The position numbers and the translations under genes were made by a program. From assembly GCA_043750125.1 (NCBI GenBank), contig JAYVCD010000127.1:1-14199 (forward strand): a stretch of DNA of 14,199 nucleotides, in the 5' to 3' direction. A model generated the notes under the pieces. The model ran no database searches. It was not told where the DNA came from and saw only the letters and a program-made list of their open reading frames with translations. Below, one piece after another: positions 7,464-14,199 of this stretch (its first letter is position 1; each line of letters opens with the position of its first letter). Origin of the DNA: Archangiaceae bacterium (lineage in GTDB: Bacteria; Myxococcota; Myxococcia; Myxococcales; Myxococcaceae).

Positions 7464-8189
7464 TCAGGGCATCCGTGAGACGGCGTCCATTCCGAAGCTG
7501 ATCTTCGCCTTCCAGGGCGGCGGGGGCAGGCCCCGAAACATCAAGATCCGCTCGAGTCGTTCGATGGTGTCGGCACGCAGCTTTCCAAACGCGACGCCGA
7601 ACCCGGGGTTCATCAAGCGCGCCCGATCTTTGGGCGGGGTCATCACCCAGACGATCTCTCCGTGCAGGGCGAGCACCCCGAGCGACAGCGTCAGCTCGAG
7701 GAATACGGGCTCGCTGACCTTCACGCAGCGAGGCACGTCGGTCGCTTCGATTTCGATTCCCAGCCCGCCGAACGAAACGTCTCGCACCAGGTAGGCGATC
7801 GAGTTCGCCTTGTCTTCGGTCGCCCTCAGCTGCAGCGGAATCCGCGCGTGCTTTCGGACCTTCTCGAACTGCTGGGCTTCGAAGATGCGCCGCAGCAGCG
7901 CGTCCAACCCTTCGCGGTTGTCCGGCTGGTGGTAGCGGATGTTGAGCAGGAACATGCTTCCCGACTGCGGCGAAACGCTCACCACTTCCCCATGCACCTC
8001 GACGACATCGGGGACTCCCTTCGCCTGCAGCTCGAAGATGAAGCGCGTCCCGACTGGAGCCATCTTCCGACTGGCGATCGCGACTCCGCCCTTGCCGACG
8101 CTTCGGGTGAATTCGGAAATCAGCGCGACTGGCGTTTTGTAGGTGACCTTCAACCGAACCGGCTCACCTTTGGCAACTTTCCCGCTCAC
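7464..8189 (-). CDS. Tandem PilZ-domain protein (TIGR02266-like N-terminal domain plus canonical PilZ)
   Basis: The C-terminal domain has RKHAR (RxxxR), DVSFGG (DxSxxG), GEIVW and GFGVAF. The N-terminal domain has a PilZ-like layout with degenerate motifs. Confidence 0.88.
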   Translation of the reverse strand: MSGKVAKGEPVRLKVTYKTPVALISEFTRSVGKGGVAIASRKMAPVGTRFIFELQAKGVPDVVEVHGEVVSVSPQSGSMFLLNIRYHQPDNREGLDALLRRIFEAQQFEKVRKHARIPLQLRATEDKANSIAYLVRDVSFGGLGIEIEATDVPRCVKVSEPVFLELTLSLGVLALHGEIVWVMTPPKDRARLMNPGFGVAFGKLRADTIERLERILMFRGLPPPPWKAKISFGMDAVSRMP

Positions 8190-8210
8190 CGAACCAACCT
8201 ATCGCTCAAA

Positions 8211-8251
8211 TGCGAAGCGCGGAACACTCGACCGAGCATTCCGCGCTTGCA
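8211..8251 (-). terminator. Long stem-loop downstream of the 8285-8893 gene (terminator or stabiliser)
   Basis: Minus strand reads UGC-AAGCGCGGAA-UGCUCG-GU-CGAGUG-UUCCGCGCUU-C-GCA, followed by only UUU. Confidence 0.55.
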
Positions 8252-8284
8252 CCGACTTCAAGTTGTAGTGGCTTTTTTTGAAAC

Positions 8285-8893
8285 TTACTTTTTCTCGTTC
8301 GCGACCACGACGCTGACCTTTCCCGCGGTGACGTCGACCTTCTCATCGAAGGTGAAGGTCCCCTCGGTGTCGATGACCTTGCCCTTGAGCACCATCGACA
8401 CCCCGCCCGAGGTCGCCGTCAGCGCGCTGACCGCCACCTTCTGGGTGATGTCGATGTCGAGGAAGTCGTCGCACGCGCCCGCCCACAGCAGCTTTCCCTT
8501 GATCGACTGGTCCACGTCGGCCGAGCCCGACGCAACTTTGATCGACTGCACCACCGCCAGAGAGCCGTTCATCGTCGCCACGCCCAGGTCCGTCTTCACC
8601 CCACAATTGTTGTAGTCCGCGGTGAAGCTCTGACCCACGTCGGTCAGGCCGCCCGTCCCGAGCACCACTCCAAAGCCGCTCAAAGTGGCCGAGCCACCCT
8701 CGGCGCACTGAACGTTGACCGAGCCGGTGACGTCGATTTTCGAGCCGAACTTGTCGGTGCCGCCCTTCATCGGGCCCGACGCCGCCTGGAGCGCCTGCGC
8801 CGCGCCTTGCTTCCCGCCGCTGATCTGCGCCTTCGGCCCACACGCACAAAAGGCCAGAATCGCTACGGAAATGCCCGTCAGTGAAGTCTTCAT
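8285..8893 (-). CDS. Hypothetical beta-rich lipoprotein (202 aa)
   Basis: Start trimmed to ATG 8893 (GGAGG upstream). N-terminus MKTSLTGISVAILAFCA-C. Motifs 'VQCAEGGSATLSG' and 'ADYNNC' suggest a disulfide-bonded beta-sheet surface protein. Confidence 0.8.
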   Translation of the reverse strand: MKTSLTGISVAILAFCACGPKAQISGGKQGAAQALQAASGPMKGGTDKFGSKIDVTGSVNVQCAEGGSATLSGFGVVLGTGGLTDVGQSFTADYNNCGVKTDLGVATMNGSLAVVQSIKVASGSADVDQSIKGKLLWAGACDDFLDIDITQKVAVSALTATSGGVSMVLKGKVIDTEGTFTFDEKVDVTAGKVSVVVANEKK

Positions 8894-8940
8894 CGGTTGA
8901 GCGCCTCCCAGCGCTGGGCCCCAGAAATGAGGCCGCGGGG

Positions 8941-8956
8941 TGCCACTTGGGTGCCG
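8941..8956 (-). promoter_or_regulatory. Weak candidate sigma54 -24/-12 element
   Basis: Minus strand CGGCACCCAAGTGGCA keeps the GG-N10-GC spacing and matches 8 of 11 conserved positions of TGGCACG-N4-TTGC. It lies about 48 nt upstream of ATG 8893. Confidence 0.3.
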
Positions 8957-9005
8957 GCCGGCCACGGTTTGATCAGCCGATCGGCAAAGGAACCTCTCAC
9001 GAATC

Positions 9006-9033
9006 TTGATCTCCTCGCAAATCGGGCTAGTTT
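9006..9033 (+). promoter_or_regulatory. Candidate sigma70-type dcw (Pmra) promoter
   Basis: TTGATC (9006-9011), N16, TAGTTT (9028-9033). The predicted start site near 9040 coincides with the first MraZ box. Confidence 0.55.
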
Positions 9034-9039
9034 TCGTCC

Positions 9040-9083
9040 GTGGTAAGAAGTGGTATTTTGCGGATCAGAGTGCTGCGCAGGGG
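9040..9083 (+). promoter_or_regulatory. MraZ operator: GTGG-like boxes with 10-bp periodicity
   Basis: GTGG 9040, GTGG 9050, GCGG 9060, GTGC 9070, GGGG 9080. MraZ is known to bind 10-bp-spaced GTGG/TGGG-type repeats upstream of its own gene. Confidence 0.85.
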
Positions 9084-9100
9084 CATGGCCGAGGCAAAGA

Positions 9101-9553
9101 GTGTTCAGGGGAGTATTCGAGCACCAGATCGACGGGAAAGGACGCACCAGCTTCCCGGCGAAGCTGCGCGAGACGCTCGTCGGCACCTACGACGAGCGGC
9201 TGATCGTCACCACCGCGCTCGATTCCTGTCTCCACGCGTACCCGGTTCGGGAATGGGAACAGCTCGAGCTGGCGCTCTCTCGCCGCAATCCGATGGAACC
9301 GGGCGTCAAGCAGTTGATGCGGCTCTACGTGGCGAGCGCTCAAGAGTGCCCGCTGGACAAGCTGGGGCGAATCTTGATTCCGCCGACGCTGCGCAACCAC
9401 GCCGCGCTGGAGAAAGACGTGATCTGGGCAGGGATGGTGAAGGTCGTCGAGCTCTGGTCGAAGGAAGGCTGGGCCAGAGCGCAGGAAGAGGCCCGGACCG
9501 AAGCGGGATCCGCCGATGTGATGCGCGTTCTGACCGAGCTCAAGCAGTCCTGA
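9101..9553 (+). CDS. mraZ: dcw cluster transcriptional repressor MraZ
   Basis: GTG 9101 (GAGG upstream) gives [15 protein letters not shown]. The second repeat reads [10 protein letters not shown]...GM...VELW. First gene of the dcw cluster. Confidence 0.97.
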   Translation: MFRGVFEHQIDGKGRTSFPAKLRETLVGTYDERLIVTTALDSCLHAYPVREWEQLELALSRRNPMEPGVKQLMRLYVASAQECPLDKLGRILIPPTLRNHAALEKDVIWAGMVKVVELWSKEGWARAQEEARTEAGSADVMRVLTELKQS

Positions 9554-9597
9554 TCTTGCAATTTCGCTTTGCACTTCGTTGTTGAGAGGAAAATTCC

Positions 9598-9984
9598 ATG
9601 ACCGAGCTGGCTGCACTCGAGCTGTCGCAAATCGAAGTTGTCCACCCCCGCGCGGCGCAGATGACGATCGCGCTCGAAGGTGAGATCGGCATTCGGGAAT
9701 ACGACGAGATCGCCGGCCAGCTGTTTCGCTTCAGCAGCCGCGGAGTGCGCCGGGTGGTGATCGACTTCAGCGACGTGAGCCACGTCGATTACCGGGTGGT
9801 GCGGCCGCTGATGCTGCGCGCCTCGGGCCTTCGCCACCTCGGTGGAGACGTGAAGCTGTGCGGAATGTCGCCCTACATTCACGCGATCTTCCGGTCGGCC
9901 GGCGCCAACGAGGCGTTCGACTACTACGCGGAAGCGGTCGATGCCGTCGCCGCGTTCGAGCGCCCCGTCCTTACTGTCGGCTGA
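9598..9984 (+). CDS. STAS-domain (anti-sigma-factor antagonist-like) protein
   Basis: RBS GAGAGGA. Motifs 'IALEGEI', 'VVIDFSDVSHVD', 'GGDVKLCGMSPYIHAIF' and 'EAVDAV' follow the SpoIIAA/RsbV fold pattern. Confidence 0.9.
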   Translation: MTELAALELSQIEVVHPRAAQMTIALEGEIGIREYDEIAGQLFRFSSRGVRRVVIDFSDVSHVDYRVVRPLMLRASGLRHLGGDVKLCGMSPYIHAIFRSAGANEAFDYYAEAVDAVAAFERPVLTVG

Positions 9985-9988
9985 CGTT

Positions 9989-10933
9989 TTGGCCTTTTCC
10001 CACCAGACCGTTCTTCTCACCCAGACGGTGCGGCTACTCAAACCCGGAGCAGGCAGGTTGATCGTCGATGGAACTCTTGGAGCCGGAGGCCACAGCCAGG
10101 CGCTGCTGGAAGCGGGCGCGTCTGTGCTCGGCATCGATCGCGACCCTCGCGCGCTGGCGGCCGCCCGCGAACGGCTCGCCCCCTTCGGCGAACGATTTCG
10201 CGCAGTGCAGGGAGACTTCGGGGCGGTGGCTCAGATGATCGACGCCCCGGTCGATGGGCTGTTGCTGGACCTGGGCGTCAGCTCGCCCCAGTTCGACGAG
10301 CCGTCGCGCGGCTTCTCTTTTCAGGCCGACGGCCCGCTGGACATGCGCATGGGCGATGAAGGGCTCACCGCCGCCGAGCTGATCGAGTCGCTCGAAGAGC
10401 AAGAGCTCGCGGCGGTGATTTTCGAGTTCGGCGAAGAACGCTTCTCGCGGCAGATCGCGCGGGCGCTGAAGTTCACCTTGCCGCAGACCACGCTCGCCGC
10501 GGTGAAGGCGATCGAAGGCGCGGTGCCCCGCCGCTCGTGGCCCGAGAAGATTCACGTCGCCACCCGCACGTTTCAGGCGCTGCGCATCAAGGTGAACGAA
10601 GAGCTGGGTCAGCTGGACGACGCCCTGAAGGCACTGCCCCAGGTGCTCGAGCCGGGCGGGGTGGCAGCGATCATCTCGTTTCACTCGCTCGAAGATCGCA
10701 AGGTCAAGCAGGCCTTCAAGGCGCTCTGCGGCGATGTTCCCGATGATCTTCCCCGGGGGCTGCCGATGATCCCGGTGAAGGTCGACGCGGCATTCGAGGC
10801 GCTGACGAAGAAGCCGATCATCGCCGACGACGAAGAGGTCGTTTCGAACCCCCGCGCGCGCTCGGCCAAGCTGCGCGCGATTCAGAAGGTCGGGGGCTCC
10901 CCTGCGCCCTCGGAAGAAGAGCGCGAATCATGA
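9989..10933 (+). CDS. rsmH: 16S rRNA m4C1402 methyltransferase RsmH
   Basis: Motifs HQTVLL, DGTLGAGGHS, DLGVSSPQFD, RGFSF, PLDMRM, TFQALRI.VN.EL, ISFHSLEDR and NPRARSAKLR. Start placed at TTG 9989, 4 nt after the STAS stop; the exact start is uncertain. Confidence 0.97.
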   Translation: MAFSHQTVLLTQTVRLLKPGAGRLIVDGTLGAGGHSQALLEAGASVLGIDRDPRALAAARERLAPFGERFRAVQGDFGAVAQMIDAPVDGLLLDLGVSSPQFDEPSRGFSFQADGPLDMRMGDEGLTAAELIESLEEQELAAVIFEFGEERFSRQIARALKFTLPQTTLAAVKAIEGAVPRRSWPEKIHVATRTFQALRIKVNEELGQLDDALKALPQVLEPGGVAAIISFHSLEDRKVKQAFKALCGDVPDDLPRGLPMIPVKVDAAFEALTKKPIIADDEEVVSNPRARSAKLRAIQKVGGSPAPSEEERES

Positions 10934-11247
10934 GCATCGCAATCGAAGGCCGCCGTGGCGTTTCGTTCGGAGTCATCTTCTTCGAGCTGCTGCCCGCCGC
11001 GCTGCTGGTGGTGATGTTTGCCACCGTCGGCATCGTGCACGTCACCGGCCGGGTGCTGGTGGTGAAGGTCGGCTACGAGCTGTCCCGCCTCGATCAGTCG
11101 GGCTCAGAATTGATGCGCGAACACGATCGCCTCAAGCTCGAGCTGGCCACGCTGCGGTCGCCGGCACGGCTCGAGTCGATCGCGCGCCAGAAGCTGCAGA
11201 TGGGGCCCCCGGCTCCGTCGGCCATTCTTCACGTCAAGGAAATCTAA
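10930..11247 (+). CDS. ftsL: Cell division protein FtsL
   Basis: Lies between rsmH and ftsI with an ATGA overlap. Single TM helix, coiled coil and 'L.LE.ATL.SP.RLE..AR.KL.M' signature. Confidence 0.92.
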   Translation: MSIAIEGRRGVSFGVIFFELLPAALLVVMFATVGIVHVTGRVLVVKVGYELSRLDQSGSELMREHDRLKLELATLRSPARLESIARQKLQMGPPAPSAILHVKEI

Positions 11248-11254
11248 GGAAGCC

Positions 11255-13258
11255 GTGCGCGACCTCAAGCACACCGCGTCGATGGAAGCCCCCACCCGGT
11301 GGATGCGGCTGCGCGTCTTCGTGATGGGCGCGGTGTTCATCGTTCTGCTGGTGGCGGTCGTGGCCCGCGCTTTTCAGCTGCAAGTTCACCAGCAGGCGAT
11401 GCTCAAGGGAATGGCGCAGGATCAATACGTGCGCCAGGTCGAGATTCCCGCTCGCCGCGGTGACATCTTCGATCGCCGGGGTGTTCCTCTGGCGCAGAGC
11501 GTCGACGTCGATTCGATCTGGGTCGACCCTTCGCTGTTGCTCGACCAGAAGTTTGCTTCCAAAGCACTGGCCCGGGCGCTCGAGCTCGAGCCGTCCGAGT
11601 TGCTGGCCCGTCTGGCCAAGGCGCGCCGGTTTGCCTGGATCAAACGGCAGGTGACCCCCACCGAGGTCGCGAAGGTCACTGCGCTCGCCTTGCCCGGCAT
11701 CGGCTTCACCAAGGAGCCCCGCCGCTTCTACCCCCAGCGCGAATTGGGCGCCCACGTGCTCGGCCTGGTCGGCACCGACGGTCATGGCCTCGATGGCCTC
11801 GAGCTGGCGTTCGAATCCGAGCTGTCCGGCGACGCGTCGACCCAGCGGGGCTTTCGCGACGCGCGCGGCCGAAAGCTGCTGACCCACGGGGTCGAAGAAC
11901 CCACCGGTCGCCAGGGCGCGGCAGTGACTCTCACCCTCGATCGCCACCTGCAGTACATCGCCGAGAAGGCGCTGACCCGCGCAGTCGAAGACGCCAAGGC
12001 CCCTGCGGGCACCGTGGTGGTCCTCGACCCGAAGAGCGGCGAAATCCTCGCGCTCGCCAACTACCCCCGCTTCAACCCCAACTCTCCGGCCACTGCATCG
12101 AAGAACGCGCTTCGAAACCGCGCCGCGACCGACGCCTTCGAGCCGGGCTCGACCTTCAAGGCGTTCGTCGTCGCCGCCGCCCTTGAGGAAAAGCTCGTCA
12201 ACGAGTCGACGACCTTCAATTGCGAGAAGGGCGCCTGGAAGGTCGGGAAGCACGTCATCAACGACACCCACCCGCACGAGTCGCTCGACGTGCAGCACAT
12301 TCTGCAGGTCAGCTCGAACATCGGAGCGGCGAAGATCGGCGCCGCGCTGGGTCGAGATCGGCTGGTCGACTACTACGCGAAGTTCGGGTTCGGCGAACGG
12401 GTCGGCCTGGGGCTTCCGGGGGAAGGCAAAGGGGTGGTGCCCTTTCCGCGCGCCGAAGTCTCGCTCGCGACCGAGTCGTTCGGTCAGGGGCTCACCGCCA
12501 CCGCGATTCAGATCGCCGCGGGCTATGGGGCCATCGCCAACGGGGGGGTGCTGATGAAACCGTACCTGGTGCAGAAAGTCGTCGATCCGGACGGGGTCGT
12601 CTTGATCGACAATCAGGCCACCGAGGTTCGCCGTGTCATCTCTGCTGCGAATGCGCGGCGGGTGGTTTCGATGCTCGAAAGCGTGGTCGAAAAAGAAGGC
12701 ACGGCGCCCAGGGCGCGCATGGACGAGTACCGCGTTGCGGGCAAGACCGGCACGGCTCAGAAGGTCGACCCCGTCGCACGCGGCTACTCAGACAAGCGCA
12801 TCGCGTCGTTCGTGGGCATGGTCCCGGCCGAAAATCCGCGGCTGGTCGTCCTGGTGGTAATCGACGAACCGAAGACCGATGTCTACGGAGGAATCATCGC
12901 CGCACCCGCATTTAAAGAGATCGCCACCGCCGCGATGCCGTATCTGTCGGTCAAGGCGTCTCGTCCGCCGACTCCGGAAAAACCGGGAAAGGTTGCAGTT
13001 CAAAAAGTGGTGCTCAATCCGCCTGTCGTTGCGGCGATTGAAGAGCTCGATGTCCCTGACGGTGCGGTCCGGGTGCCCAATCTCACCGGGCGAGCAGGGC
13101 GGGAAGCAGTTGCACAGCTGTTGGCCGTTGCCCTCGAACCGCGGCTTGCTGGCAGCGGTCGGGTGTCGTCGCAACAACCGGCGGCTGGAAGTCTCGTTGA
13201 AAGAGGAACTCGCGTGACACTGGAACTGGCAGGACCCTTGCCAACTACACCTCAATAA
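11255..13258 (+). CDS. ftsI: Class B penicillin-binding protein FtsI (PBP3) with C-terminal PASTA domain
   Basis: N-terminal TM helix, RGDIFDRRG, RRFYP, G..GLE. Catalytic motifs EPGSTFK (SxxK), SSN and KTGTAQ. PASTA-like 'VPNLTG...G.V..Q.P.AG..V'. Confidence 0.96.
   Translation: MRDLKHTASMEAPTRWMRLRVFVMGAVFIVLLVAVVARAFQLQVHQQAMLKGMAQDQYVRQVEIPARRGDIFDRRGVPLAQSVDVDSIWVDPSLLLDQKFASKALARALELEPSELLARLAKARRFAWIKRQVTPTEVAKVTALALPGIGFTKEPRRFYPQRELGAHVLGLVGTDGHGLDGLELAFESELSGDASTQRGFRDARGRKLLTHGVEEPTGRQGAAVTLTLDRHLQYIAEKALTRAVEDAKAPAGTVVVLDPKSGEILALANYPRFNPNSPATASKNALRNRAATDAFEPGSTFKAFVVAAALEEKLVNESTTFNCEKGAWKVGKHVINDTHPHESLDVQHILQVSSNIGAAKIGAALGRDRLVDYYAKFGFGERVGLGLPGEGKGVVPFPRAEVSLATESFGQGLTATAIQIAAGYGAIANGGVLMKPYLVQKVVDPDGVVLIDNQATEVRRVISAANARRVVSMLESVVEKEGTAPRARMDEYRVAGKTGTAQKVDPVARGYSDKRIASFVGMVPAENPRLVVLVVIDEPKTDVYGGIIAAPAFKEIATAAMPYLSVKASRPPTPEKPGKVAVQKVVLNPPVVAAIEELDVPDGAVRVPNLTGRAGREAVAQLLAVALEPRLAGSGRVSSQQPAAGSLVERGTRVTLELAGPLPTTPQ
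13227..13241 (+). promoter_or_regulatory. Candidate internal sigma54 promoter upstream of murE
   Basis: TGGCAGGACCCTTGC matches TGGCACG-N4-TTGC at 10 of 11 positions with exact spacing. It ends 50 nt before the murE ATG. Confidence 0.55.
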
Positions 13259-13290
13259 ACGCCGCCACCGCGCGGCTGGGAAGACACATC

Positions 13291-14199
13291 ATGAAGCTCA
13301 ACGAGCTCCTCGCAGGCGTCGGTACCGAGCCTCCCGCAGCACCGAAGCACAAGGGTGAGATTACCGGGCTGTGCAACGACTCGCGCCAGGTGAAAGCCGG
13401 CGACCTGTTCATTGCATTGCCGGGCGCCAAATCAGACGGTTCTCTGTTCGCAGCCGAGGCGGTCAGCCGCGGCGCACTGGCAGTGGTCTCCGAGCGCGAA
13501 GTCCCCGAGGTGAAGGTCCCCGTCTTTCGGGTCACTTCGGCCCGAAAGGCGCTCGCGCTGATCGCCGCCAACTTCTACAAGAAGCCCGCCGACGAGCTGA
13601 CCTTGCTGGGAATCACCGGCACCAACGGGAAGACAACCACCGCCTGGTTGCTCGAATCGATCTGCGCCGCAGGTGGAGCGTCGACGGCGCTGCTGGGGAC
13701 CATCGTCAATCGCTGGGGCGGGCACATCGAGCCAGTCACCCACACCACTCCGGATCCAATCGTGCTCCACCGGATGTTCCGCGAAATGCTCGACTCGGGC
13801 GTCGACACGGTGGTGATGGAAGTCTCGAGCCACGCGCTGGCTCAGTACCGGGTTCACGGGCTGACCTTCAAGGGAGCCGCGTTCACCAACCTCTCGCGCG
13901 ATCACCTCGACTACCACAAGGACATGGAAGAGTACTTCCAGGCCAAGCGCCGCCTGTTCACCGACAACCTCTCGGCCAGCGGCGTGGGCGTCGTCAACGG
14001 CGATGACACCTACGCGGTGCGGTTGTCGAATGAGCTGCGCGGCGCCAAGCGCCTGGCGTGGAAGTTTTCGCGGCTGGGCAACGGGGAGATCTCGTCGGCG
14101 AACATCGAGATGACGAGCAGTGGAATCAAAGGCACGCTGAAGACTCCGGCCGGCGACATTCCGCTCAAGTCCTCGTTGGTCGGAACCCACAACCTGGAC
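13291..14199 (+). CDS. murE: UDP-N-acetylmuramoyl-tripeptide synthetase MurE (3'-truncated by the window; absent from the ORF track)
   Basis: Manual translation from ATG 13291 gives MKLNELL...NDSRQV..GDLFIAL.G, GITGTNGKTT, HTTPDP, MEVSSHAL, FTNLSRDHLDYH and YFQAKRRLF. Confidence 0.96.
   Translation, partial: MKLNELLAGVGTEPPAAPKHKGEITGLCNDSRQVKAGDLFIALPGAKSDGSLFAAEAVSRGALAVVSEREVPEVKVPVFRVTSARKALALIAANFYKKPADELTLLGITGTNGKTTTAWLLESICAAGGASTALLGTIVNRWGGHIEPVTHTTPDPIVLHRMFREMLDSGVDTVVMEVSSHALAQYRVHGLTFKGAAFTNLSRDHLDYHKDMEEYFQAKRRLFTDNLSASGVGVVNGDDTYAVRLSNELRGAKRLAWKFSRLGNGEISSANIEMTSSGIKGTLKTPAGDIPLKSSLVGTHNLD

Noticed and set aside
8273-8279. T7 run as a plus-strand intrinsic terminator
   Set aside because: It lies 21 nt away from the strong hairpin, and no plus-strand gene ends here.
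9554-9580. TTGCA(A/C)TT direct repeat between mraZ and STAS as a sigma54 -12 element
   Set aside because: There is no GG at the -24 position, and two short copies in an AT-rich spacer are insufficient evidence.
9941-9988. N-terminal extension of RsmH overlapping the STAS gene (similarly the longer starts at 9050, 8965, 7439, 6259, 5297 and 1542)
   Set aside because: Downstream starts fit the family N-termini, signal peptides or RBS positions better.
13435-13449. MurE N-terminal 'DGSLF' in place of the common 'DGHxF'
   Set aside because: It is a single substitution in a variable domain. All visible ATP-binding and catalytic motifs are intact, so there is no case for a pseudogene.

Overview
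High-GC bacterial DNA whose gene content points to Myxococcota (inference from the eukaryotic-like Ser/Thr kinase with PEGA domain, TIGR02266-like PilZ protein, AgmX/PglI-like C-terminal domain, and Gly- or Cys-rich lipoproteins). The right part (9101-14199) is the start of the dcw cluster: mraZ, a STAS-domain gene, rsmH, ftsL, ftsI and a partial murE. Upstream of mraZ is a clear 10-bp-periodic GTGG MraZ operator. The left part (1-8893) is a dense block of envelope and signalling genes: five probable lipoproteins, a membrane Ser/Thr kinase, an App1/DUF2183 phosphatase, a tandem-PilZ protein and a 56-aa exported peptide. I found no RNA genes, mobile elements or CRISPR arrays. The best leads are: (i) a near-consensus sigma54 -24/-12 element hidden in the compositionally anomalous 3' end of ftsI, just upstream of murE; (ii) a STAS protein lacking the phospho-acceptor Ser, embedded in dcw; (iii) a receptor kinase with a duplicated LecA/PA-IL-like extracellular module; (iv) a Gly-tethered CX4CH cytochrome-c-like lipoprotein; (v) a lipoprotein with two ExbD-like domains coupled to an exported App1 phosphatase. 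All domain calls are by-eye motif recognition; no searches were run.
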